This document shows positions 1-12,582 of a stretch of DNA of 64,000 nucleotides, one piece after another (within the stretch, counting starts at the first letter, position 1; every line of letters begins with the position of its first letter). The notes under the pieces were generated by a model. It was not told the origin of the DNA, did no database searches, and was given only the letters and a program-made list of their open reading frames with translations. This DNA is from Squalus acanthias (Eukaryota): the NCBI GenBank assembly GCA_030390025.1, contig CM059432.1, forward strand, positions 99,202,001 through 99,266,000. Reading direction: 5' to 3'. A program made the translations under genes and the position numbers.

Positions 1-105
1 GAGGAAGACGCAGAAGAGGAGGAAGCAGATGGAAGGATGCAACCCAGACAGCCGCTTTCTGGCCGAGATATCCGGGATGGAATGATCCGCCTGAGGTACC
101 AGTAA
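1..105 (+). pseudogene. Harbinger transposase C-terminal end
   Basis: Frame 1 reads EEDAEEEEADGRMQPRQPLSGRDIRDGMIRLRYQ*. This matches the acidic tail plus LIRLRFQ* end of the transposase at 37190-37315. AATAAA at ~197. Confidence 0.8.
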
Positions 106-927
106 CCAAACCTCAATTTCCCTTTCAACATTTGTCCCCCACCTTAACTTCACTCTGTTATTGACCATCACAGCGTTCTCTTGGCCACAATGCTGAAATA
201 AAAGCCACCACAAAGCAAACTTTCCAATCCAACATTATACATCTATCCATCTAATATAACATCAAGCAATCAACTCATCTCCCTTATGTATTCCCATAGT
301 GACTGTCTTGTGTGTGCCTTTGCCTATCCTACTGATGTCATGCAATGCTACCCCAGTGGCAACAACTTGGCTGGTGGAAGGCTGCTGACTTTCAGTGACA
401 ACCTCAGTGATGTGGTCCCACATCGTTCTTTCTAGAGGGCCTCCTGGACCCTGTGGGTAGAGGACCTCTCTGGCAATGTTGACCCCCTGCACAAAGCTGG
501 AGTGTTGCATGTGAGATCTTGGGTGTCCCTTCCCTGGATTGCTAAGCCATTTGTGTTAGTGCTGAAGCACTTTTCCCATTTTTTGAAGTGCGGAAGGGAA
601 TTCAGCTTTAGAGCTGAAGACTCCCATTTGGGTATTTTTTTCAAATGTAAAATTTTTTTTTTAAGGCAGTAGAGCTGCAAGGGCTGAAAACTGCATTTTT
701 ATTTTACTTCATTTTTATTTTTATCAGTTCAGAAGGCATTACCCTTTTAAGCAAATGACAATGCATTGCCCTTTTAATATTCCACAATGCCTAGCGAAAT
801 CATAGCCTCGCGATTGGCCGCGATTTTCCCAGCGGAGGCGGGTTGGAGTTGGGTTGGAGTTGGGTTGAGTGGTCGGCAGCTTCCATCCCGCTCCCAGTTG
901 CCGGTGCCCAGCAGGTGAAAATTTACC
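1..927. mobile_element. PIF/Harbinger transposon, right-hand part (left part outside window)
   Basis: Transposase C-terminus on + at 1-105. Myb-gene 3' remnant on - at ~285-450 (QQPSTSQVVATG), homologous to 37490-37600. GC-rich subterminal region ending in GAAAATTTACC. Confidence 0.75.
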
Positions 928-929
928 TT

Positions 930-2395
930 GATTGGCCTCATTACGGCCGACGTGTGGGTCCCTCCAGGCAATTGCTTGGAGCGTGTCAGATGCTTGTGTC
1001 TGATGACACGTTGTTTCAGTGAAGATTTAAAGGGGTCATGTCCCCTTTGCAGAAGCATTAGCTTCTTTCTCTCAGAAGTGCTGGCTGCTGCAGGAATGGC
1101 AGCGCAACAAACTAAGGCTGCACCCAGGTTCGATGAGGGCTCCCTCCATGCTCTTGTGGAGGGAGTTAGAGGACGTCAGGAGCTCCTCTTCCCTGGAAAC
1201 GGAAGGAGGAGGCCCCCTCAGCAAACCAAGGCAGCTTGGCTGCAAATTGCTGAGGAGGTGAGTTCGAGGTCTGTGTGCAGACGCACATGGGTTCAGTGTC
1301 AAAAGGTTTAATGATCTATTGAGGAGAGAAACCAGAGGTTCGTAGACGTCCTTGTCATGAGGAATGTCAGTACAGTGACGGGTTAACATGGCCCCACCAA
1401 TGTACAGCAAGGTGCTCTCCAGCAACTTGCTAGCAGTGAAGAGCGGGTGACCCATGAGAGGGACGGTGATGTACGAGCACAAGGAAGTGGGGGCTCCGCT
1501 CCAAGCGCTCACACTCCCTTGCCACTGCCGAGCCCTCGGTCAGAGCCCCATCTGCCTGAGGCAACAGGAATGGCTGTGTCTGCCCCTGCACAGCCGCAGG
1601 AGGAGCAGACTTTGGCGGGGCCCTCGAAGGCTCCCAAAACCAGAGGACGGCCGTCAAAGGTGTCTAAGCAGGAGCAGCAGGGAAGTGAGCAGCCTGCCAC
1701 CACATCTGCTGAAGCCACAGGGGTCTCACAACGTAGAAGCTCGCATAAGAGAAAGATGTCACGTTAGTTATCATAAGGGTTATCACTTGGGTGGTATGAT
1801 ATAATTATTTGAACATTTTCTGTTCATAGCGATTTTTGTAATAAAATTATGTTGAACCAAGGTTTGGCATCGTTGTGATGACAACTTGAGGTGGCACAGT
1901 TTAGGGTAAGTGCGCCTTTAAAATCCAACAATGCTGGTTAGAGTGCATCTACAGTGCCCAACACAGACTTGCAGCCTAAAAACGAAAATGCCCCCCAAAT
2001 GACTCAATCACCAAGCTTAGAGATTTCTAAATGACTAGCTTGAAGACTGCAGCTTTTACACAGCACTTGCAGCTCTGAAGTCTGCAGCTCACTGGTGTTC
2101 AAGCCACACTTACCTGGCATGTTGTCCGAACATCGCGAAACCTGAGCCAGCAGCTGAAATTTTTTTTTAAAACCCTGAAAATTGCTCACAAGTACCTGTT
2201 AATAGGCAGTTAACTGCCTTTAAGCCCTTTCCCACCGCTTGGTGTTGGGTCCATTTGCAAATCGGGGACCCAACACTCGGGAAGGTTGTGTGGAGGCAGG
2301 ATGATGGTGGGTTCGGAACCCGCCGTTAATCATATCGACTTTAAACTCTGACCCGCCTCCAAACCCGCCCTCTGAGCACTGGCAAATTCACGGCC
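930..2395 (+). mobile_element. Non-autonomous Harbinger with internally deleted Myb/SANT gene
   Basis: 1097-1311 encodes APRFDEGSLHALVEGV...KAAWLQIAEEVSSRSVCRRTWVQC (Myb/SANT, MSANTD/NAIF1 type). 1447-1767 matches the C-terminus of the gene at 13597-13920. Right TIR GGCAAATTCACGGCC ends at 2395. Confidence 0.85.
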
Positions 2396-2490
2396 TCTAT
2401 TTCTCTCTCCACAGATGCAGACCTGCTGAGTGTTTCCAGCATTTTCTGTTTTTATTTCAGATTTTCAGCATTCACAGTATTTTGCTTTTG
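2396..2490 (+). mobile_element. Penelope-type 3' repeat fragment
   Basis: TTTCTCTCTCCACAGATGC...TTTCCAGCATTTTCTG...TATTTTGCTTTT, homologous to 50221-50327 and 55886-55980. Confidence 0.7.
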
Positions 2491-4002
2491 TGTTTATCTT
2501 AATCAAACTGTTCAGTAAATATAAAGATACTTTCTTTGGTACTCACTTCAATACACCCTAAACAAAATGGATGAGTTTATGCATGGATAAAACCTTTCAA
2601 AAAGTCAGTAAGATCCTGATGATTCAGTGACTGCCATAGCCTGCAGAAAAGGAAACATTAATGGGATCAAATTGCACTCAGTGATATTGGTAAGGAACAC
2701 ATTACTGCAGACATGCAAAATAGCACATCAGCAGTAGTGCGTGAACATGCCCATTGTTGTACACTGAAGCCATAGTTTCTCACTGCCTATTCACAACTAT
2801 AATTTATTGAAATTACACAGCACAGCAGAAATAAAATTAGAAGAAATGAGTGGTGAAAAATAAGCTACTGCATGACAATGGAAAATGTAATCTGTTGGGT
2901 CCATTCGCATTTGTCCACTACTTACATTTTTCACAGTTATCATAATGCAGGTAAGCTATGTCCGTTTACTACCTTAAAATTAATTGTAGCAATGCCACTC
3001 GTACCTCAACGTACTGAATTTTATCCACAAATTTTAATAAAGAAAAAATCAATCTCTGAATTAAAGTTTTTTTAACCTGAAGGCTATTTTGCAACTGAAT
3101 TTTACCTGATTGCTGCACACTTAGTAATAATCTGATATTTAAAACAGCCCACATACATGCTCTGTTCACAAGGTAAATACAAATAAGGATTAGCTTTTGA
3201 CCCACCTTAACCCATCCATCTGGAAATAAATGACTATTAAGGACTTCAAGGCCTACCTGGAAGTCCATTCCAAGGATTGATCATTCTTTGTATGATCCTA
3301 AATAGGACTTTCAGCAATTTGAATTCATGCCCCTTTGTCCTACTGTTGGCTGACAAGTATTTGCCCTGATTAGTTTAGTTTAGGATTTAAACAAATCTAC
3401 AATATGAATAGATATCGTTAGACATTTACACCGGCTGGCGGCAACAACCTGACAAATTTGAAGTTTCGCAAAAAGAGAACATAGAGTATGTATTGATTTG
3501 TAGAAAGTGGCTGCCATTTAATGGGTGTGCTTTGCTTCTAGGCAAACATACGTTCTTGCATAGTATACTGCAGTTTCCTAGTCAAGAGGATATCTATTTC
3601 ATGGTACAAATAATTAAATAACTTATTTTATTTTCCTGCTGTTCAAAATTTATAGACAGAGTTTAAATTATTGGCTTGTTATCCCAATTTACTACACTTA
3701 ACAGTCTACAGGCTAAGTTGCATTGAGCTTAAAGCCATTCCTTGTATGCGGGCAAATATTAGGAGAGCATGTTAGGCAAGCATATGGGAATATTAGCCAT
3801 CCATAAATATTTAAATTGTAAGATTAAATTATATAGAATCTGCAATGGACCCCCATGACAGTTTTTAAATTTGGCTTTGCACCAGGCTGTAGTTGTACTA
3901 TAGCCAGTATGAGCTACAAGCAGTATGAGTCTAGCCACTGGATGTGATCTCACAGAAGTTGGATTCAGCATGCTCAGGAATTAAATCAACATTCCTTTCT
4001 GG

Positions 4003-5630
4003 CTCCCTTAGGAAAAAGAGAGTGGTCAGGAGCAATGTTGGCCCCTTAAAAACAGAAGGTGATATTGTCAACGATAATAAGGAAATGGTGGACATGTTGA
4101 ATAATTACATTGCATCAGTATTTAAAGTAGAGGAAGATGATAGAATGCCAGAAATTCCAAGGAAACTAATATTGAATCAGGGACAGAGACTCAATAAAAT
4201 TTAACGTAAGCAAAATAACAGTAATGAAGAAAATAATGGCACTAAAGCTTGACAAATCCCCAGGACCAGATGGTTTCAATACCAGAGTTTTAGAGGAAGT
4301 AGATGAGCACATTGCAGATGCTCTAACTATAATCTTCCTAAGTTCTCAATTCAGGAACCATTCCTTTAGATTGGAAAATTGCGCATATCACTTCGCCATT
4401 TAAGAATGGTGAGAGAGGGAAACCAGGGAATTATAGCCCAGTTAGCGGAACATCTGTTGTCAGGAAATTACTAGAGTCTATAATTAAGGATTGTGTGATG
4501 GAACAACTCAAATTTTCAGTTGATCAGAGAGAGCCAGCATGGATTTGTGAAAGTAGGTCATGCCTGACAAAGCTGATTGAATTTTTTGAGGAGTTGACTA
4601 AAGTAGTGGACAGGGGAATGTTTATGGATGTTATTTATATGGACTTCCAGAAGGCATTTGATAAAGTCCCACATAAGAGACTGTTAACTAAGGTAGAAGT
4701 CCATGGAATTGAGGGCAAATTATTGACCTGGTTAGGAAATTGGCTGAGCAGCAGGAGACAGAGAGTAGGGATAATGGGCAGGTACTCTAATTGGCAGGAT
4801 GTGACTAGTGGTGTCCCGCATGGATCTGTGTTGGGGTCTCAACTATTCACTGTATTTATTAATGACTTAGATGATGGGATAGAAAGCTACATATCCAAGT
4901 TTGCTGATAAAACAAAGATAGGTGGCATTGTAAGCAGTGTAGCTGGAAGCATAACATTAAAAAGAGATATTATTAATAGATTAAGTGAATGGGTAAAACT
5001 GTGGCAAATGGATTTCAATGCAGGCAAATGTGAGGTCATCCACTTTGGACCTATAAAGGATAGAACAGGGTACTTTCTAAATGGTGAAAAGCTAAAAATA
5101 GTGGAGGTCCAAAGAGATTTGGGGGTCCAGGTATATAGATCATTAAAATGTCATGAACAGGTACAGAAAATAATCAAAAAGTCTAATGGAATGCTGGCCT
5201 TTATATCTGAGGACTAGGATACAAGGGGGTAGAAGTTATGCTGCAGCTATACAAAACCCTGGTTAGACCACACCTGGAGTATGGTGAGCAATTCTGGGCA
5301 CCACATCTCAGGAAGGATATATTGGCCTTGGAGGGAGTGTAGCATAGGTTTACCAGAATGATACCCGGACTCCAAGGGTTAAATTGCCAGGAGAGATTAC
5401 ACAAACTAGGGTTGTATTCCTAGAATTTAGAAGGTTAAGGGGTGATCTGATCGAAGTTTTCAAGATATTAAGTGGAACAGATAGGGTAGAGAGATTGAAA
5501 CTATTTCCGCTGGTTGGGGATTCTAGGACTAGGGGGCATAGTCTAAAAATTAGAGTCAGACCTTTCAGGAGTGAAATTAGAAAACACTTCTACACACAAA
5601 GGTATGGCCTACTCCTCTTCTTATGTTCCC
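4003..5630 (+). mobile_element. CR1 LINE, 5'-truncated, degenerate ORF2
   Basis: RT motifs [22 protein letters not shown] and SKFADKTK; C-terminal RRLRGDLIEVFKI; frameshifts and stops. Confidence 0.95.
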
Positions 5631-5962
5631 GTGTTCCTACCAATGCTTTAATGCCAATGCCCATCTGCAATCTCTTTATCTGCTCAGAAAAGTAGCAGTA
5701 AAATCATGATTTTTAAGCAATTAAAGAAAAATCAATGCAATAATTTTTCCAATGCCAGGGGCTCTGCATTTGGTGCCCTTTAAAATGTGTTTTGATTCCC
5801 ATTTATGGCCAATCACTAAGATAATTAAACAGTGACTTTAAAAGTTAATTCCAGTCATAAAATGTTTTGTACAAAGTGGTATATAATCCAGGAACGCTCA
5901 TTTGCAAATTGGAAATTTACAGCATTACTAATAATTGTACCTGTAGAAAGAAAAAAATTCTG

Positions 5963-6050
5963 TCTTTCCTCTTTTCCTCCTTTCCTCCTTTCTTTCTCTC
6001 TCTTCCCCCCCCCCCCCCCCCCCCCCCCCCCCACCCACACACACACACAC
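5963..6050. repeat. Pyrimidine-rich low complexity, poly-C and (CA)n
   Basis: Seen directly in the sequence. Confidence 0.9.
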
Positions 6051-6465
6051 GGTCACACTCTTCTAAGATAAAATAATTGCTTCATCTATGTCCAGGAGCA
6101 TAGCTCACCATTTGTATTTATCTACTTAATTTTTTGACAAATTATACACACCAGATCATTAGGATATGCTGCTGAATTTTTGGCAACATTTATATCAAAA
6201 TATTTTCATTCCACTTAGTAGGTAAATTAATATTAATTGTAAATGATGTGGCAACAGTTGTTTAAGTGTAGGATTCTTTGGCATTCATTCCAGTGCTTAC
6301 TAATATATGACTATTAATAGTTCTTTGTACAGAGATCCATTGGAATTAGTATACCCCACTGCCAGGATGTTAAGAACCATAAAAGGAATCAAAACAGTTC
6401 ATGATATAGGAAGAATTCTTCAAACAATGCAGCTGATGTTGGGCAGGGAAACACATCTAAGTACC

Positions 6466-9400
6466 GGGAATGATAGCATAGTGGTTATGTTACTGGACTA
6501 GTAAATCCAGAGGCCTGGGCTTATGATCCAGACACGTGAGTTTAAATCCCACCATGGCAGTTGGGGAATTTAAATTCAGTTAATTAAACAAATCTGGAAT
6601 AAAAAGCCAGTATCAGTAATGGTGACCATGAAACTACTGGATTGTCATAAAAACCCATCTGGTTCACTAACATCCTTTAGGGAAGGAAATCTGCCGTCTT
6701 TACCTGGTCTGGCCTATATGTGACGCCAGACCCACAGCAATGTGGTTGACTCTTAACTGCCCTCTGAAATGGCCTAGCAAGCCACTCAGTTGTAACAAAC
6801 CACAATGAAAAACAAACAAATTAAATCGGAGGGACCACCCGGCATTGATCTCGGCACCAGCTTTGGAGACGACAACGGCACACCCAGCCCAGTCGACCCT
6901 GTAAAGTCCTCCTCACTAACATCTGGGCACTTGTGCCAAAATTGAGAGAGCTGTCCCACAGATGAATCACGCAACAGCTTGACATAGTCATACTCACAGA
7001 ATCATACCTATCAGCCAAAGTCCCAAATTCCTCCATCACCACCCCTGGGCATGTTCTGTCCAACTGGCAGGACAGACCCACCAAAGGTGGCGGCACACAG
7101 TCGGGAAGGAGTGGCCCTGAGAGTCTTCAACATTGACTCTGGACCCCATGAAGTCTCATGGCTTCAGGTCAAGCATGGGCAAGGAAACCTCCTGCTGGAT
7201 GCATTGCTGGTCATCTTCCAAAATTCTATAGACTCTGGAACAGTTCCCATGGATTGGAGGGTAGCTAATGTAACCACACTATTTAAAAAAGGTGGTAGAG
7301 AGAAAACGGGGAATTATAGACCGGTAAGCCTGACATCGGTAGTGGGGAAAATGCTAGAGTCCATTATAAAAGATGTAATAGCAGAGCACTTGGAAAACAG
7401 TGACAGGATCGGACAAAGTCAACATGGATTTACAAAAGGAAAATCATGCTTGACTAAACTGCTGGAATTTTTTGTGGATGTAACTGGTAGAATAGATAAG
7501 GAAGAACCAGTGGATGTGGTGTATTTGGACATTCAAAAGGCTTTCGATAAGGTCCCGCATAAGAGATTAGCGTGCAAAGTTAAAGCACATGGGATTGGGG
7601 GTAAGGTACTGACTTGGATAGAGAACTGGTTGGCAGACAGGAAGCAAAGAGTTGGAATAAATGGGTCTTTTTCCGAGTGGCAGGCAGTGACTAGTGGGGT
7701 ACCGCAGGGATCGGTGCTAGGACCCCAGCTATTCACAATATATATTAATGATCCAGACGAGGGAACTAGATGTAATATCTCCAAGTTTGCAGATGGCACA
7801 AAGCTGGGTGGGCGTGTGTGCTGTGAGGAGGATGCAGAGAAACTCCAGTATGATTTGGACAGGTTGGGTGAGTGGGCAGACACATGGCAGATGCAGTATA
7901 ATGTGGATAAATGCGAGGTTATCCACTTTGGTGGCAAAAACAGGAAGGCAGATTATTATCTGAACTGCAATAGATTGGGAAAAGGGGAAGTGCAATGAGA
8001 CCTGGGTGTCCTTGTGCACCAGTCGCTGAAGGTAAGCATGCAGGTGCAGCAGACGGTTAAGAAGGCAAATGGTATGTTGGCCTTCATAGCGAGAGGATTC
8101 GAGTACAGGAGCAAGGATGTCTTGCTGCAGTTGTACAGGGCCTTGGTGAGACCACACCTTGAGTATTGTGTGCAGTTTTGGTCGCCTTATCTGAGGAAGG
8201 ATGTTCTTGCCATGGAGGGAGTGCAGCGAAGATTCACCAGACTGATACCTGGGATGGCAGGAATGACGTATGAAGAGAGATTGGGTCGATTGGGCTTGTA
8301 TTCGCTAGAGTTTAGAAGAATGAGAGGGGATCTCATTGAAACTTATAAAATTCTAACAGGACTAGACAGATTAGATGCAGGAAGGATGTTCCCGATGGCG
8401 AGGGAGTCCAGAACCAAGGTCAAAGTCTAAGGATAAGGGGTAGGCCATTTAAGACTGAGATAAGGAGGAATTTCTTCACCCAGAGAGTGGTGAACCTTTG
8501 GAATTCTCTACCACACAAGGCAGTTGAGGCCAATTCATTAAATATATTCAAGAAGGAGTTAGATATATTTCTTAAGGCTAAAGGGATCAAGGGATATGGG
8601 GAGAAAGCAGGGGCAGGGTACTGAATTTGCAGGATCAGCCATGATCTCATTAAATGGCGGAATAGGCTCGAGGGGCCGAATGGCCTACTCCTGCTCCTAT
8701 CTTCTATGTTTCTATGATTACCACCTACCGCCCTCCCTCACATGATGAATCAATACTCCTCCATGTTGAACACCACTTGGAAGAAGCACTGAGGGAGGAA
8801 GCAATCCTGCCACATCCAGTCATGAAAGGTGGTGGACAATGAAACAACTAATGGGAGGAGGAGGCTCCATGAATAACCCTATCCTCAATGATGGCAGAGC
8901 CCAGCATGCGAGTGCAAAAAGACAAGGCTGCAGCATTTGCATCCATCTTCAGCCAGAAGTACTGAGTGGATGATTCATACCGGCCTCCTCCTGAGGTCCT
9001 CACCATCACAGAAGCCAATTTTCAGCCAATTCGATTCACTCCACGTGATATCAAGAAACGGCTGAACACACTGGACACAGCAAAGGCTATGGGCCCCAAC
9101 AGCATCCTGATTGTCGTGCTGAAGACTTGTGCAACAGAACTAGCCGCGTCTCTAGCCAAGCTGTTCCAGTATAGCTACAACGCTAGCATCTACCCAAAAT
9201 TGTGAAAAACTGCCCAGGTATGTCCTGTCCACAAAAAGCAGGACAAAACCAATCTGGCCAATTACCGCCCCATCAGCCTACTCTCAATCATCAGCAAAGT
9301 GATGGATGGTGTTGTCCATAGTGCTATCAAGCAGTTCTTAGCCCCAAAAACCTGCTCACCGATGCTATGTTTGGGTTCCACTGGAACCACTGGGCTCCAG

Positions 9401-10617
9401 ACCTTATTACAGCCTTGGTCCAAACATGGACAAAACAGCTGAATTCCAGAGGTGAGGTGAGAGTGACTGCCCTTGACATCAAGGCAGCATTTGACCAAGT
9501 GGGGCATCAAGGAGCCCTAGTAAAATTGAAGTCAATTGTAATCGGGGGAAAACCCTCCACTGGCTGGAGTCATACCTAGCACAAAGGAAGATGGTTGTGG
9601 TTGTTGGAGGTCAATCATCTCCGCCCCAGGACATCACTGCAGGAGTTCCTCAGGGCAGTGTCCTCGGCCCAACCATCTTCAGCTGCTTCATCAATGACCT
9701 TCCCTCCATCATAACGTCAGAAGTGAGGATGTTCGCTGATGAGTGTACAGTGTTCAGTTCCATTCGCATCTCATCAGATAATGAAGCAGTCCATGCCTGC
9801 AAGCAACAAGACCTGGACGACATTAAGGCTTGGGCTGATAATTGGCAAGTAACATTCGCACCACACAAGTGCCAGGCAATGACTGTTTCCAACAAGAGAG
9901 AGTCTAACCACCGCCCCTTGACATTCAACGGTATTACCATCGTCGAATCACCCTCCATCAACATCCTGGTGGATCACCATTGACCAGAAACTTGACTAGA
10001 CCAGCCATATAAATACTCTGGCCACAAGAGCATGTCAGAGGCTGGGTATTCTATGGCGAGTGTCTCACCTCCTGACTCCTCAAAGCCTTTTTCACCATCT
10101 ACAAGGCACAAGTCAGGAGTTTGATGGAATACTCTCCACTTGCCTGGATGAGTACAGCTCCAACAACACTCAAGAAGCTCGACATCATCCAAGACAAAGC
10201 AGCCTGCTTGATTGGCACCCCATCCACCACCTTAAACATTCACTCCCTGCACCACCAGCGCACCGTGGCTGCAGTGTGCACCGTCTACAAGATGCATTGC
10301 AGCAACTCACCAAGGCTTCTTCGACAGCACCTCCCAAACGCGTGACCTCTGCCACCTAGAAGGACAAGGGCAGCAGTCGCATGGGAACACCATCACCTCC
10401 TAGTTCCTCTCCAAGTCACACAACATCCTCACTTGGAAGTATATTGCCGTTCCTTCATCGTCGCTGGGTCAAAATTCTGGAACAGCACTGTGGGAGAACC
10501 TTCACCACAAGGACTGCAGCGGTTCAAGAAGGTGGCTCACCACCACCTTCTCAAGGGCAATTTGGGAAGGGCAATAAATGCTGGTCTTGCCAGTGACGCC
10601 CACATCCCAGGAATGAA
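6466..10617 (+). mobile_element. CR1-group LINE (APE + RT, degenerate) with tRNA-like 5' head, interrupted by a different CR1
   Basis: A-box TAGCATAGTGG 6474-6484 and B-box-like AGTTTAAATCC 6539-6549. APE start LTNIWALVPK...DIVILTESYL at ~6912-7010. RT motifs [19 protein letters not shown] and MFADE. 3' end GGGCAATAAATGCTGG...CCCACATCCC. Confidence 0.85.
7198..8714 (+). mobile_element. CR1 LINE, 5'-truncated, nested in the APE region of the host LINE
   Basis: RT ORF with [23 protein letters not shown] and FADGTK; tail TCTATGTTTCTATG. The host reading GNLLL|ITTYRPPS is restored when it is removed. Confidence 0.95.
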
Positions 10618-11086
10618 GATCAGGGCAAGAAACTCTCATACCTCATTTATCCAACTTTATTTTTCAATGTTTATTTGTTTTACCTTGCACAGAACATTAC
10701 CCCAAATGTTTACAGTGTTAAGAATTTCTTAACATCTGTTTTACATTAACTTTTTGAAAAATGAAAGAAAGAAAGACGGAATGACAGATGGACAGATATA
10801 TTTTCCTGGCTTACTTTGAAGCTGTATTCTTTACTGATTTATCTATACAATTTAATATTTTATACTGTAGGCATACACAAATCCTTAATTTTTAAATCTC
10901 ATATATATTGAAATGCTTTGCCAGGCCAAAAGGTTTTTTTCGAGGTGAAATAAATTTGTAACAGACGGTCTTTCACTGATAAGTGGACATGGAATGTGCT
11001 TTGATGTGCTTTACTCAAAGGCAATAAACATGGTTGTGACTGCAAGGAGTAGTCATAGACAACCCCCTTAGATTTGCAGACATCAT

Positions 11087-11511
11087 GGGCTGGATTTTGA
11101 ATGACCCATGGAGTCGGGTTTGGAGGCGTGTTGGGGGTTAAATTTGCCGGGTCGGGGGTCCCGACCCCATCCCGAATCCATCCCGCCTCCACGCAATTTT
11201 GACATAATCAGTCGCGGGGTTCCCGACTCCGTCCCGCCTTCAAGAGGCGGGAGAGGCCATTAAAGCCCTTAACAAGCCCTAAATTGGGTCTGTAATGCCA
11301 TTTTGAAATGCTGTAGCTAGTTTAACCCTCTTCTGACGTGAAGCACGCCTGGTGTGAAACACTCCAGTGAAACCTAGCGGGAGCACAAGTGGATAGCTGA
11401 CTATCGGCTGCAGGTCCACTATTACAACGGAGATGTGATGAAGGAGGTAGTAGTAGTATTAGGTCTGAACGCTGCCTCTGATGCTGCCTGGGAGGACTTG
11501 CTTGGCAAAAA

Positions 11512-11550
<39 letters not shown>

Positions 11551-11856
11551 CCCTCCCCCCCCCCCTTCTCCTCTACACCACCACCCATTTTTGCATCCAA
11601 GTCCACCCACATCAAAAGCCAGGCAGGTCCGCTCTCACCAACAGTCTCTGAGACTAGCCAGTCAGCAATGATGACATCATCAGAGGCGGCTTTCAGACTG
11701 AAAACACTAATTAGTTCATGGGTTCCCACATGCTCCAACTCAATTGCCCAATTAAGTGAAAATTGCATCAGGCATCTACATTAATCTGGAGTCGGGGGGG
11801 AAACACGAAATGCGGATTACACGACCCCAACCCGACCCCAAGACAAAATCCAGCCC
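11087..11856. mobile_element. Harbinger MITE / non-autonomous element
   Basis: TIR GGGCTGGATTTT...AAAATCCAGCCC; 3-bp TSD CAT/CAT; internal (CT)n at ~11515-11548. Confidence 0.9.
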
Positions 11857-12227
11857 CATGTCTACAACAAAATGGGCTACAAGATCGTAGGACGATTTTT
11901 GGTGCCTAAAGGGGAGGAGTCAAACCTTTGAAGTTTTGAAATGCAGAATGTGATGTAACACATGAACTGTAACCAAGTGGTTTTCTGCCACTTTTGTAAA
12001 CTTTATGAGTGAATGAACAATTTTGGGCTTTGATAAAGGCAAGTAATGGATAGCGACACCGGACGTGTGAGTGTGAAAACAGCTCAGGTCGAACATTAAA
12101 GGATCATTTCACCATTTCTGAATGATTGATTTAATAGGAAAAAAACAAGGAAAACTGCATAAAAAAACAGGGACAAAAATATCGGCACTGTTGTCGGAAG
12201 GCGGGGCCTGGTTGATCGTCTCAACTC

Positions 12228-12436
12228 GAAGAGCTGCAGTCGGAAGGTGAGCAGCTGTAGTCGGAAGGTGAAGAGCTGCAGTTGGAAGGTGTAGAGCTGC
12301 AGTCGGAAGGTGAAGAGCTGCAGTCGGAAGGTGAAGAGCTGCAGTCGGAAGGTGAGCAGCTGTAGTCGGAAGGTGAAGAGCTGCAGTCGGAAGGTGAAGA
12401 GCTGCAGTCGGAAGGTGAAGAGCTACAGTCGGAAGG
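12228..12436. repeat. 21-bp minisatellite, about 10 units
   Basis: Unit GAAGAGCTGCAGTCGGAAGGT; variant GAGCAGCTGTAGTCGGAAGGT at units 2 and 7. Confidence 0.97.
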
Positions 12437-12582
12437 ACGTGGCCTACAATCAACGCGGGACTGATCATCTGCGGGTGGTTGTATGTATGATTTCCTGTAA
12501 CATTATTGGTGTACTGCTCGAATAGTGGTTGGGGTTTTTGAATCTGTCTTAGGAACAATAAAAGGTTAAAGACAGAACCCGT

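Noticed and set aside
2937..2950. 14-nt microexon (TTTTTCACAG|TTATCATAATGCAG|GTAAGC)
   Set aside because: Good splice signals, but frame-shifting and no partner exons identified; cannot be supported without RNA data
3190..3350. Minus-strand exon candidate
   Set aside because: Resembles a decayed CR1 3' region (QRMINPWNGLP)
6470..6555. Genuine tRNA gene
   Set aside because: Only A/B boxes are recognisable, with no clean cloverleaf, and it is continuous with a retroelement; the same applies to 25102-25170
7051..7998. 315-aa intact RT gene
   Set aside because: Chance in-frame fusion of two different LINEs, 5'-truncated and ending at a premature stop
12228..12436. CRISPR-like array or LHLPTAA / KVKSCSR repeat protein
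   Set aside because: Units are contiguous with no unique spacers and the context is eukaryotic; the ORFs are by-products of a 21-bp unit
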